A stretch of DNA of 64,000 nt from an uncultured Candidatus Entotheonella sp. (GTDB lineage: Bacteria > Tectomicrobia > Entotheonellia > Entotheonellales > Entotheonellaceae): positions 832,001 through 896,000 of the forward strand of contig CBDCDA010000002.1 of NCBI GenBank assembly GCA_965215335.1, in the 5' to 3' direction. Below are positions 35,694-46,676 of this stretch, piece by piece. Within the stretch, counting starts at the first letter, position 1. Each line of letters opens with the position of its first letter. The notes beneath the pieces were generated by a model that did no database searches, was not told the origin of the DNA, and saw only the letters and a list, made by a program, of their open reading frames with translations. The translations under genes were made by a program, and so were the position numbers.

Positions 35694-35722
35694 AATCTAG
35701 TCGGATACCCCCGGCTTGTCAA
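35694..35722 (-). promoter_or_regulatory. Sigma70-like promoter of the FmdB-family gene
   Basis: TTGACA-N17-TAGATT on the minus strand. Confidence 0.65.
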
Positions 35723-35772
35723 GAATGGTTGCGGGCCGACGGATTTCGGCTGGCGCCGGCCCACCGGCCTGT

Positions 35773-36390
35773 TCAGGCCATTGGCGAACACGCCGCCGGC
35801 ACGACGACCTTGTTCCGCATATTGACCAGCCATTCGCGGGTCTGCGGTGGCCAATCCGGCAATGCCATCGAGGCCGCCCTGATGCGATCCCGTTCGCCCA
35901 AGTCGGCGTAGGGCCAGATGTGCATCCACAAATTGAGGCCACCGATGTCGGTGTACATGCAGCCGGCGATTGGCGACAGGTCGAGCCGTTTTGGCAGCGA
36001 CTTCTCCCACGCTGCCAGCACGTTGGGCATCGTCCCCGGCCGGTACTGGTAGATACGCATCTCGTAGATATTGCCCAGTTTCCGGTTACCGCCGAGTGCC
36101 GGGGAAAAGGGCGCCGGCGTCCAGATCTGGGATTCCATCGACAGCAGCAGATCCCCGCCCTTGGGCGGCCAGCCCGGCTCCTGCGCGACCTTGGCGCGGA
36201 CCTCTGCCCGGTGCTCCAAGCTGGCGTATGGCCACACGTGAATCACCTCATTCAGAGGCCCGATCTCGGTGTGCCACAGCGCCGCCAATTCCGAATACGT
36301 CAGGCGGCTTGGCAAGGCCGCCTCGAAGTGCCCTTCCCATTGGGCGACAGACCCTGGTTTCAGGTCGTACGTACGAACTTCATAAATCAC
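35773..36390 (-). CDS. NIPSNAP family protein (two domains)
   Basis: Repeated IYE.R.Y..+PG and TEIG.LN...H.W.Y motifs. Confidence 0.9.
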   Translation of the reverse strand: MIYEVRTYDLKPGSVAQWEGHFEAALPSRLTYSELAALWHTEIGPLNEVIHVWPYASLEHRAEVRAKVAQEPGWPPKGGDLLLSMESQIWTPAPFSPALGGNRKLGNIYEMRIYQYRPGTMPNVLAAWEKSLPKRLDLSPIAGCMYTDIGGLNLWMHIWPYADLGERDRIRAASMALPDWPPQTREWLVNMRNKVVVPAACSPMA

Positions 36391-37058
36391 GTCGGGCCCC
36401 CTTCCTGGACAGATTCACCACGCTGAGAATAAAGGTAAAGGGTGAAATCGTTCGGCAAGTACCCTTCCAGCAGTCGTACATGCGGGGTGAGGGTTGCGCA
36501 ATAGGCAAGCAGCGTTTCGGGATCGTAGTTGAACAGGAGCGCGTCGCGCTCAGGTGCCCGCGTGCTGAGAAAGTTGATCGCCACGCCGCGCGTGCAGCAG
36601 CGCATCAATTGGTGAAGGATTTCCTGCACCGCCGCCATATTGCGCCCGAAATTGACGTTGAACGCTCCGGAACACAGAGCGTAGTCGAAGCGCTCGGGAC
36701 CCAGCCCTTGCAGCACGTCCCGCACTTCAAATTGCGCTTCCGGGTAGCGCTTGCGGGCATGGGCGACCATCTCGGGCAAGATGTCGAAGCCCGTGTAGCT
36801 CACCGGAATGCGTCGCCGCAGCAGATAGTCGTAGAGGTCACCCACGCCGCAGCCGACGTCCAGTACGCGGGTGTTGGCCAGTGGACCGACTTCGGACAGG
36901 ACGATGAAACGTCGCTGCTGGCTGCGCTGGCTCTGCCAACCGAGTCCCCGCCAGTTGGGGCCGTGAAGTTGCAGGTGAAGGCGGAAAAAACCGGCCACCT
37001 CTTCTTGTGAGCGTTGTGAGCGCTGCGTGACGACCGGGGGCGAAATTTTTCCGCTCAA
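36387..37058 (-). CDS. Class I SAM-dependent methyltransferase
   Basis: VLDVGCGVGD motif I. Confidence 0.85.
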   Translation of the reverse strand: MSGKISPPVVTQRSQRSQEEVAGFFRLHLQLHGPNWRGLGWQSQRSQQRRFIVLSEVGPLANTRVLDVGCGVGDLYDYLLRRRIPVSYTGFDILPEMVAHARKRYPEAQFEVRDVLQGLGPERFDYALCSGAFNVNFGRNMAAVQEILHQLMRCCTRGVAINFLSTRAPERDALLFNYDPETLLAYCATLTPHVRLLEGYLPNDFTLYLYSQRGESVQEGGPT

Positions 37059-37078
37059 GCTTGCTCCAAAGACCGTCT

Positions 37079-38623
<1,545 letters not shown>

Positions 38624-38998
38624 CGATGATTACCCCTCTGGCTGCCGTCACAAGCGACGGCATGGCCTGATGGTTTCAGAATCTTGTCCGTGCCACACCT
38701 TTGACCGGGCGACGGATCGCAACGAAAGAATAAGGCGGAAGCACACCATGACGATGGAAACGGGAAGCGCTGCTTCCGGCGTTCAACGAGCCGGAAAGCG
38801 GCTGTGGTACCGAGAAGGAAGGGGGGAAAGAAGGGCTCCGGATGCCATGAGCTCCAGGGATACCCGGTGCGCTTGCGCACCAGAGGCAGGCGCCGCCGAA
38901 GCACTGTGCCTTACCGTATCTCTGTTTCCGCTCATGGTATCCACCGGTACCTCGCGAGTCTGGTGTCGTTGGTCAAGCAGACTTGATGAAGAGAGGGA

Positions 38999-39028
38999 AC
39001 TGTACTACGGCACCAAAAAGCGTGTCAA
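38999..39028 (-). promoter_or_regulatory. Sigma70-like promoter upstream of leuA
   Basis: TTGACA-N18-TACAGT on the minus strand. Confidence 0.55.
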
Positions 39029-39109
39029 GGCGCAATTTTCGAGGGCCAAGACGTTTCGACCGCGCGAACCAGCGCACTGGCGCCCTGGCGGCACGCGGCG
39101 CCACGCCTG

Positions 39110-39614
39110 TTGGCGCTGCCGGCGCTCAAGCGGTTGTCGGGGGGCATCGCCTTGGTTGCGGCCGCCGGTGTGACCAGGGCCCTGACCGGTGGTATCTGCA
39201 CTGATCATGGGGGTGCGGCTCTTGCGCGAAGCGGTGGCCCGTCTGATGGGCAAGGCCGACCCGGCGCACCTCGAGCACATCGTTGCGACCCTGCAGACGC
39301 GCCGCCAGACTGCCTGGATCGACGTGCACTGCCTGCGCGCCTGGCGTTCCGGCGCCCGCCTCCACGTCGTTTTTCACCTGACCTTGCCGCGCTACTGGAA
39401 CCCGCAGCACTGCCACGAGGTCATCGGAGAAGTGGAGCAGGTGATGCATGATTCGCAGCCCGAGCCGGGCGACGTCATCATCCATCTCGACCCGTGCAGC
39501 CGAAGAACTGCGTATCCTGTCCAGGTGGCGCCCTGTTCGTTACGAAGCACGGACTTCCAACAGGCACGGCCCTGGACCATGGCGTCGGCCATCGAAAGGG
39601 CCGGTGGCGAATGA
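39110..39614 (+). pseudogene. Cation diffusion facilitator C-terminal fragment
   Basis: WIDVHCLRAWRSGARLHVVFHLTLPRYW...H...VIIHLDPC matches the CDF dimerisation domain. Most of the TM domain is missing. Confidence 0.7.
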
Positions 39615-39791
39615 GGCCTGAGGTGAAAAAACAGTTTGCTTTACGCACGGTTTTCTGATATCAAGCCGTGGCCGATTTTCGACCCTGGCAAGAAGGGCGG
39701 GATACAGATGCCACGCCCCCTCGCCCCGATGGGGCGTGGCGGGGTTCCCGTCAAGGGGTTAAATGCTCAGACTGCCCAATGGGAGGTAGAC

Positions 39792-40859
39792 ATGGCGTAC
39801 AGCGAGCGCTCTCAGGCCTATCGAGAGAAGTTGCAAAACGGCGAGTACGACCTGGGCTGGATGGAGGTCAACTCGGAATGGGGCGTCAGAGCGACACCTG
39901 GCAAGCGCGGGCTGACCCTCGACGACATCAACGTCGGTTCCTACGGCGTCATTCCCAAAGACGCCAGCGGTTCTCTCAGCTTCGCCCCGCGCGGCGCCGA
40001 TTTCGATCCTGCGGAACTGCCGGACATGGGCTACGAGCTCAACACCGACGCAGAAGCGTGGGCGCAGAACATGGGCGGCCTCTACGAGGAAGCGGTGGCG
40101 CGGCAGTGGAGTTCCACCCGCGACATCCCGTGGCACACCCTCGAACCGCTACCGAAGGACATGGAACACGCCATGTCGCAGCTCTGCACCTTCCTCACCG
40201 AGGTGGAGTTCGTGGCCGGCGACGTACCCGGCTGGTGGCTGAACAAGGTCAACAACGCGTATCACGAAACCAAGCTGTTCATGGCCACCCAGATCATGGA
40301 CGAGGCGCGCCATCTCGACGTGTTCCGCAAGCGCGCCCTGTCCAACGGCGGCGGCCTAGGCAAATGCCCGCCGGAAGTCGAGGAGGGTCTCAAGTACATC
40401 CATGACCTGCGCTCCTTCCCGCAGATGCTGGCGCGCATGAATCTTTTCGGCGAGGGCCGCGTCCTGACCCTGTTCCGTCTTGGCGAGCTCATCGCTCAGA
40501 ACGAGGTCGAAAAGACGATCTTCCGGCTCTGTGCCCAGGACGAATCCCGCCACCTGGCCTTCGGCTGCCTGCAGTTGCGCTACCTCATCCAGGAAGACCC
40601 GGATCGCATCGAGGAAATCCAGGAGGCGCTGGATATTGCCGAACAGCGGACGATGGAACTGGGCGCCACGCCCGAGCAGGTCGAGCCGTTCCTGATCCTC
40701 CTCGGCGGCGGTATCGACCACATGGACAAGGGCAAGGAGAAGTTCGCCTTCATCCGCAAGAAAATGGTCCAGGAGTACCTGCAGCGCTGTCATTCCATCG
40801 GCATCGACCGGCAGGAGCGCTGTCTCCTCAAGGAGGCGCAGGACATCACGCTGCTGTAG
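39792..40859 (+). CDS. Ferritin-like diiron-carboxylate protein
   Basis: Paired DEARH and DESRH motifs. GGAGG RBS. Confidence 0.85.
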   Translation: MAYSERSQAYREKLQNGEYDLGWMEVNSEWGVRATPGKRGLTLDDINVGSYGVIPKDASGSLSFAPRGADFDPAELPDMGYELNTDAEAWAQNMGGLYEEAVARQWSSTRDIPWHTLEPLPKDMEHAMSQLCTFLTEVEFVAGDVPGWWLNKVNNAYHETKLFMATQIMDEARHLDVFRKRALSNGGGLGKCPPEVEEGLKYIHDLRSFPQMLARMNLFGEGRVLTLFRLGELIAQNEVEKTIFRLCAQDESRHLAFGCLQLRYLIQEDPDRIEEIQEALDIAEQRTMELGATPEQVEPFLILLGGGIDHMDKGKEKFAFIRKKMVQEYLQRCHSIGIDRQERCLLKEAQDITLL

Positions 40860-40934
40860 TAGGCAGGACCTCAAATCGGCAGGTCGCGAGGCAGGGGTTG
40901 GGAACCCCTGCCTCGCGTATTTTGGAGGGCAGGG

Positions 40935-41384
40935 ATGTTCACGTTCCCATCGCTCGAGTGGTTCCAGGAATTGTCACGGCTGATGAACGAGCATGACGCG
41001 CCGTACAGACGCCTGGGATACGCGGATGTGCGCTGGGCCATCGAAATCCAACCCAGCGAGCCGGAGCAGCCGACGCACCTGTTCGTTTTCGTGTTCGAGG
41101 AGTATGGCTGCAAGTCGGTGCAGGCGTGCGGGCCCGACGCCCAGCCGGAGGTTGCCTTTACCATGCGGGCCACGCGCGGCACCTGGGAGGAGATGATCCG
41201 CAACATCCAGGCGAACAAGGGGCCGGATTTGCAGCATACCCTGAACTACCTGACCCTGCCCGACGATCCCATCTACATCGACGCGCCTGATTTCCTCAGT
41301 CGTGATCTGTTTGCCCGCTACGGCCAGACCTTCCAGCTCTTCTTCAACGGTGCCATTCAGGTGCCGACCGCCTTTTCCAGCTAG
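40935..41384 (+). CDS. SCP2-like (sterol carrier fold) small protein
   Basis: FPSLEWF N-terminus and F.M.A....W pattern typical of SCP2-like proteins. Confidence 0.55.
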   Translation: MFTFPSLEWFQELSRLMNEHDAPYRRLGYADVRWAIEIQPSEPEQPTHLFVFVFEEYGCKSVQACGPDAQPEVAFTMRATRGTWEEMIRNIQANKGPDLQHTLNYLTLPDDPIYIDAPDFLSRDLFARYGQTFQLFFNGAIQVPTAFSS

Positions 41385-41525
41385 AGCATTTTCGTTGCAT
41401 GGCGCTGGGGTCCCCCCGGTTCACCTACGGGCTGCGCCCTTGTTTCGCCGACTCCCCCTCAAGGTCAAGGGGGGAGTGCCGGAGAGGGGGCGAACGAGCA
41501 AGCCATTTCGAGCCGAAAATGCTCT
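41383..41525. mobile_element. Putative MITE (143 bp)
   Basis: Perfect 12-bp terminal IR AGAGCATTTTCG / CGAAAATGCTCT. Internal hairpin ACTCCCCCT...GGGGGGAGT. Confidence 0.65.
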
Positions 41526-41544
41526 GGTCCGATGATCCTGCAGC

Positions 41545-42684
41545 CTACAGCCGGTTCGCGTTCTGATCGAAGTAATAGGCGTGCTGCGGCGCGAGGTGCA
41601 GCCGCAGGGTTTCGCCCTTGCGCACCGGGTTCTGCAGGTCGGTCTTGGCGCAGAACGTGCGGCTGCCGTGCACCAGGTGGAGGAGCTGGGTAGCGTCGGA
41701 GAGGGAGATGTCCACCGCATCGACGGTGCAGGGCAGGGCAGGGGAGGTGTCGGCATCGCCGGGACGCAGGTGTTCGGGTCGCCAGCCGAGGAAGACGCGG
41801 GCGCCGTCCGGCAGGCGGTGCGGGTAGCCGGAAGCGAGCGGCACGGAAAGCGAGGTGCCGCCGACGTCGCAGGTCAAGGTCTCGCCCCAGCGCTGGGCCG
41901 GGAAGAAATTCATGGGCGGACTGCCCAGGAAACCGGCGACGAACATGTTGGCGGGTTCATGATACAGCTCGTGATAGGTGCCGACCTGCTCGATGCGTCC
42001 CTGGCGCATGACCGCCAGCCGGTGGCCCATGGACACGGCTTCGCCCTGGTCGTGGGTGACGAAAATGGTGGTCAGGCCGAACTGGTCGATCAGTTTCTTG
42101 ACCTCGCCGCGGGTTTGCAGGCGCAAGGCCGCGTCCAGGTTGGAGAACGGCTCGTCCAGCAGCAGCACCCGAGGGCTGTGGCTCAGGCAGCGCGCCAGCG
42201 CCACCCGCTGTTTCTCGCCGCCGGACAGGCTGCGCGGCATGCGGCCCAGGAGTTTCTCGAAGCCGATGCCCATGATGCGCGACGTTTCCATCACTCTGGT
42301 GTTGATGGCTTCCGGTTTCCAGCGGCGCAGGCGGAAGTAGAAGGCGATGTTGCCGTGTACCTTGAAATGCGGGTAGAGGGCGTAGGTCTGGAACACCAGG
42401 CCGATGGATCGTTGGGAAGGGGAGAGGGCGCTGACGTCCTCGCCGTCGAAGGTCAGCTCGCCGGTTTCCGGCCTTTCGAGCCCGGCGACGATGCGCAGCA
42501 GCGAGGACTTGCCGCAGCCTGTCGGCCCGACCACGCTCATCGTTTCCCCGCGGCGAATCCACAGGCTGGCGTTGTCCAGGGCCGGGGTGCCGCGCTGCCG
42601 CCCGTTGCCGTAATACAGGGTGGCCCGCATCAGGTGGATTTCGCTGCTCCTGGATTGCTCCGAAAGGCCCAGCACCATACGCAT
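41545..42684 (-). CDS. Sugar ABC transporter ATP-binding protein (MalK/UgpC-like)
   Basis: GPTGCGKS, VFQTYALYPH, LSGGEKQR, FVAGFLGSPPMN. Start uncertain. Confidence 0.88.
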   Translation of the reverse strand: MRMVLGLSEQSRSSEIHLMRATLYYGNGRQRGTPALDNASLWIRRGETMSVVGPTGCGKSSLLRIVAGLERPETGELTFDGEDVSALSPSQRSIGLVFQTYALYPHFKVHGNIAFYFRLRRWKPEAINTRVMETSRIMGIGFEKLLGRMPRSLSGGEKQRVALARCLSHSPRVLLLDEPFSNLDAALRLQTRGEVKKLIDQFGLTTIFVTHDQGEAVSMGHRLAVMRQGRIEQVGTYHELYHEPANMFVAGFLGSPPMNFFPAQRWGETLTCDVGGTSLSVPLASGYPHRLPDGARVFLGWRPEHLRPGDADTSPALPCTVDAVDISLSDATQLLHLVHGSRTFCAKTDLQNPVRKGETLRLHLAPQHAYYFDQNANRL

Positions 42685-42720
42685 CCCTCCCGCGGGCCTC
42701 GCGGCCCGCTGGCCCGCTGC

Positions 42721-43296
42721 TCAGTCGTCGAACGGTGGCGCTTCGCCCGCGGGCAGGGGCACTTCGAAGCCGTTCAGAAGCAGGGAAACCAGACTGTAGT
42801 ATCCCACCAGCGCGATCAGTTCGAACACCCCCGCCTCGCCGAAGCGCTGTGCGGCGTTGGCGTACGTCGCATTCGTCAGTCGTCGGGTGCGGTACAGCTC
42901 GCTGGCCACGTCATAGGCTGCGGCTTCGTCGTCGTTGCTGAAATCGGGGCGTTCGCCGCGCTTGATCGCCGCGATGATTGCTTGTGACACGCCGGCCTGC
43001 CTGGCGAGGCGCTCGTGCGCCCACCACTCGAATTGCGCCCGCCAGTGGCTGCCGACCACCAGCGTGGCCACCTCGATGACGTTGCGCGGCAGCGAGGTGT
43101 CGAAGCGCAGCGCTTCGCCCAACCGCTGCACGCGGTCGCCGACGTGCGGGTTGAGCAGCATGGCGTTGAATGGTCCGATCAGGGTGCCATTCTCGCCGCG
43201 CATGCCGGGGCCGCGCTTGCCGCCCAATATCGCTTCATAAAGCGCCCGCTGGTCGTCAGACATGGCCTCGGGCCGGACCGGAGCAAGACGGGGCAT
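42721..43296 (-). CDS. Carboxymuconolactone decarboxylase family protein
   Basis: GPFNAMLLNP, FEWWAHE, ELIALVGYY. Confidence 0.85.
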   Translation of the reverse strand: MPRLAPVRPEAMSDDQRALYEAILGGKRGPGMRGENGTLIGPFNAMLLNPHVGDRVQRLGEALRFDTSLPRNVIEVATLVVGSHWRAQFEWWAHERLARQAGVSQAIIAAIKRGERPDFSNDDEAAAYDVASELYRTRRLTNATYANAAQRFGEAGVFELIALVGYYSLVSLLLNGFEVPLPAGEAPPFDD

Positions 43297-43437
43297 GGGG
43301 TCTCCCGTATCGTATCATGGGGACGGTCTTGCTGATCGGGGCAACCATCGTCCTGCCCGATCAGATGTCGATCACGAGCGAGCGTCGGTCTCGGCCATTG
43401 CGAGCCCTCGATTCCACCAACGAAGTCCGTCCAATCC

Positions 43438-44523
43438 TCACGCCACGCGGTAGCGCGACAAGACGTCGAGATCGATCTCCAATCCCAATCCCGGCCCTTG
43501 GGGCACGGCAAACAGGCCGTCCACGACCTGTGGTGCCTCGATGAACACGCTGGCTTCCTGCGGTGCGTACAGCACCTCCAGCCAAGGCGCGTGCGGGGTG
43601 GCCGCCACCAGGTGGGCGGTGGCCAGCAGGCCGGGTCCGAAGTAGGGGGAATGCGGCGCCACCTGGATGTTGCGGGCCTCGGCCAGCGTCGCCACCTTGC
43701 GCCATTCGCTGATGCCGCCCACCTTGGTGACGCTCGGTTGCACGAAGGCTGCGCAGCCGGACTCCATCATGTGCTGAAACTGGTAGACCGTGCAGGCGTT
43801 CTCGCCGGTGGCGATCGGCGTCTCGCTGGCCTGCCCGAGGTGTGCCAGCGCCTCGAAATCCTCCGGCGGCCAGATGGGTTCTTCCAGCCAATAGAGGTCG
43901 TAGGGCATGCACTGCAGGGCGATATCCAGCGCCTCGTCCGGCGCCCAGGCGCAATTGACGTCCAGCATCAGCGAGACGTCCTCGCCCGCCGCTTCGCGCG
44001 CCACGTGCACGCTTTCCGCGTCCACCTGATGCAGTTTGATGGCGTCGTAGCCCTCGTCCCGCGCCTGCGCCACGGCTTCGGAGACGTGCTCCGGCGCCGC
44101 ATAGCGAACCAGGCTGGCATAGGCCGGTACTTCGGCTGCCGCGGCGCCGCCGAACAGCCGGTACAACGGCAGGCCGGAGCTCTTGCCGGCCAGGTCCCAC
44201 AGCGCGATGTCCACCCCGCTGATGGCGAAGTTGGTGACGCCGTAGCGTCCGAACAGGTGGGTGTGGCGAAACATGCGGTCCTGCAGCACGGTGACCTGCG
44301 TGGCGTCGGCGCCGACGAGCATGGGCTTGAGGATCTCATGCACCACCGAGGCGGTGGCCTGCGGCACACCGTACCCGAATGCCTCGCCGTATCCCGTCAG
44401 GCCCGCATCGGTGTGCACGGAAATCATCACCTGGTTGAAATTTCCCCATGTCCACGGCATTTTCTGCTTGCCGGGCGCCATGGGGATGGCCAGCACGTGG
44501 GCTTGCACGTCGGTAATGTTCAT
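43438..44523 (-). CDS. Mandelate racemase/muconate lactonising enzyme family
   Basis: SGVDIALWDLAGK, LDVN, WLEEP, ATGEN. Confidence 0.9.
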   Translation of the reverse strand: MNITDVQAHVLAIPMAPGKQKMPWTWGNFNQVMISVHTDAGLTGYGEAFGYGVPQATASVVHEILKPMLVGADATQVTVLQDRMFRHTHLFGRYGVTNFAISGVDIALWDLAGKSSGLPLYRLFGGAAAAEVPAYASLVRYAAPEHVSEAVAQARDEGYDAIKLHQVDAESVHVAREAAGEDVSLMLDVNCAWAPDEALDIALQCMPYDLYWLEEPIWPPEDFEALAHLGQASETPIATGENACTVYQFQHMMESGCAAFVQPSVTKVGGISEWRKVATLAEARNIQVAPHSPYFGPGLLATAHLVAATPHAPWLEVLYAPQEASVFIEAPQVVDGLFAVPQGPGLGLEIDLDVLSRYRVA

Positions 44524-44681
44524 GGTGCTCTCCTGCTAACCGGGCGCCAGGGGCCCGGGAATCTTGTGAATTGGTGAATGTGCTATGATACGCACCCACT
44601 GAAACAGGTGCATCCTATCTCTACCCGCTCCCTTGGTCGGGAGCCAAACGTCTGTTGCACCATTACGGAAAGCTGATCCTC

Positions 44682-45851
44682 ATGCCACAAATCGAGGCCT
44701 GCTCGTTGTTCGACGCCGCGCGCGCCCTGGCGCCGCGGATTCGCGCCTGCGCGGACGAGATCGACGCCAACCGGGAGTTGCCGCGCCCGCTGTTCGAGGC
44801 ACTGGCGGACGCCGGGCTGTTCCACATGGCACTGCCGCGCGCCTTGGGATGCCCCGAGCTTGACCTCCCTACCTACATCCGGGTCATCGAGGAGATCGGC
44901 AAGGCCGACGCCAGCACGGGCTGGGTAATCAACCAGGGCGGCATCTTTGCGACCTTCGCGGCGCGCATGCCGCGCGCGGTGGCGCGCTCGATCTGGATCG
45001 ACACGCCGCGCAGCGTCGTCTCCAACACGCCGGCGCCGACGGCCCAGGCGGTCGTCGTGCCGGGCGGTTACCGCGTGACCGGCAACCAGGGGTTCAGCAC
45101 CGGCTGCAAGCATGCCTCCTGGGTGGCGCCGCATGCCCTCATTGTCGAGGATGGCCAGCCCCGGCGGCTCGAAAACGGGCAGCCGGAAACGCGCTACCTG
45201 TTCGTGCCGGTCGGCGAAGTGGAACTGCTCGATACCTGGGACGTACGCGGCCTGCGCGGCACCGGCACGCACCATTTCGCGGTGCGTGATGTCTTTGTTC
45301 CCAGGGAATTGAGCGTCCTCGCCGCCAGCGCGCCGGTTCTCGAGAACGGTCCCCTGTACCAAATCCCGCGCACCCTGATGTTCGCCTCGGGCGACGCTGC
45401 GGTGGCGCTGGGCATGGCGCGCGCCTGTCTGTCCGTGTTCCTCGAATTGGCGGGGACGAAAACGCCGCGCGCTACCGAGGGACTGCTGCGCGACCAGCCG
45501 ATGGTGCAGGCGGATGTCGGTCATGCCGATGCCAACCTGCGGGCCGGGCATGGTCTGTTGACCGAAACGGTACGCAACATCTGGGATGAGCTGCGTTCCA
45601 CGGGAACCCTGGGCATGGACCAGCGGGCCGCCCTGCGGATTGCCACGACGCACGCCATCCGCCTGGCCGTGCAGGTGATCGACATCATCTACAACGCCGC
45701 CGGAACGACTGCCATCTACGGTGTCCACTTCATCCAGCGCGCTTTCCAGGATATCCACGTCATCAGCCAGCACGCCCAGGCCCGGCGCGGGCTTTACGAA
45801 CTGGTTGGGCGGCACTGGCTGGGTCTGGCGGTGGATACCTCGAAGCTCTGA
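44682..45851 (+). CDS. Acyl-CoA dehydrogenase-fold flavin-dependent monooxygenase
   Basis: DASTGW, FSTGC, DTWDVRGLRGTGTH, IQRAFQDIH. Confidence 0.85.
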   Translation: MPQIEACSLFDAARALAPRIRACADEIDANRELPRPLFEALADAGLFHMALPRALGCPELDLPTYIRVIEEIGKADASTGWVINQGGIFATFAARMPRAVARSIWIDTPRSVVSNTPAPTAQAVVVPGGYRVTGNQGFSTGCKHASWVAPHALIVEDGQPRRLENGQPETRYLFVPVGEVELLDTWDVRGLRGTGTHHFAVRDVFVPRELSVLAASAPVLENGPLYQIPRTLMFASGDAAVALGMARACLSVFLELAGTKTPRATEGLLRDQPMVQADVGHADANLRAGHGLLTETVRNIWDELRSTGTLGMDQRAALRIATTHAIRLAVQVIDIIYNAAGTTAIYGVHFIQRAFQDIHVISQHAQARRGLYELVGRHWLGLAVDTSKL

Positions 45852-45898
45852 ACCCATCCCATTGTCGTGAAAATGGTCCCTTCCGATGTGCCAGGCCA

Positions 45899-45999
45899 GT
45901 CATTCCGGGCCTGGCCCGGAACAGGCCTTTCGAATCAAGTCCTTTGCATGCTCAAACGCGCTGGAAAAACCCTGGACTCCGGCTTCCGCCGGAGTGACG
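45899..45999. repeat. Inverted pair of REP-like palindromes
   Basis: GTCATTCCGGGCCTGGCCCGGAA (45899) and reverse-oriented CGTCACTCCGGCGGAAGCCGGAGTCCAG (45972-45999), between convergent genes. Confidence 0.6.
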
Positions 46000-46014
46000 G
46001 TTAAGGCGAGATGA

Positions 46015-46668
46015 TTACCACGCGTGTTCGCGTCCGTCCCAGGTCCAGAAGCGCCCGTGTTCGGCTGCCGTCAGGCCGGCGATGACCCGCCGCATGCCGG
46101 TAACGCTTTCCTCTACGGACAGCGTGGCGCTGCGTCCGCCCATAGCCGTGCGAACCCAGCCGGGATGCATGACGATGGCGATCAGTCCCTCGGCGCCCCA
46201 GGCCGGCGCCAGCTCGCGGAAGCGGTCGTTCAGCGCCGCCTTGGATTCGCCGTAGGTTCCCAAACGCCGATTGCTGCCGTAGCGGGCCCCGAGCTGACTC
46301 GTCATCAAGACGATTTTCTTGTCACGGCCGCGCCGCACCGCGTCCAGCAGAGCCGCGGTCACGCGCACCGGCGCCTCGGCGTTGATCGCCATGACCTCCG
46401 CGTGGCTCAGGCCGCGGTCCATGACGCCGGCGTTGTGGATCAGCACATCGACGCCTTCGGAAGCAACGTCGGCGGCCAGGGTGGCGGCCTGATCGGCCTG
46501 GCGCACGTCGAGCTCGTGCAGCACCACGCCGGCAAGCCGGCCCAGGGCGCCGGGGTGATCCGGGGTGCGGGTCGTGGCATGCACGCGCCAGCCGTCGGCG
46601 GCGTACTGGCGCGCCAACTCCAGCCCGATGCCGCGGCTCGCCCCGATGACCATCACGGTGCTCGTCAT
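46015..46668 (-). CDS. Short-chain dehydrogenase (C-factor-like SDR)
   Basis: GASRGIG, HNAG, YGESK, MHPGWVRTAMGG. Confidence 0.9.
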   Translation of the reverse strand: MTSTVMVIGASRGIGLELARQYAADGWRVHATTRTPDHPGALGRLAGVVLHELDVRQADQAATLAADVASEGVDVLIHNAGVMDRGLSHAEVMAINAEAPVRVTAALLDAVRRGRDKKIVLMTSQLGARYGSNRRLGTYGESKAALNDRFRELAPAWGAEGLIAIVMHPGWVRTAMGGRSATLSVEESVTGMRRVIAGLTAAEHGRFWTWDGREHAW

Positions 46669-46676
46669 GCGCGGTC

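Noticed and set aside
46015..46668. SDR as the missing DprE2
   Set aside because: Motifs (HPGWVRTAMGG) fit C-factor-like SDRs, and it belongs to another operon.
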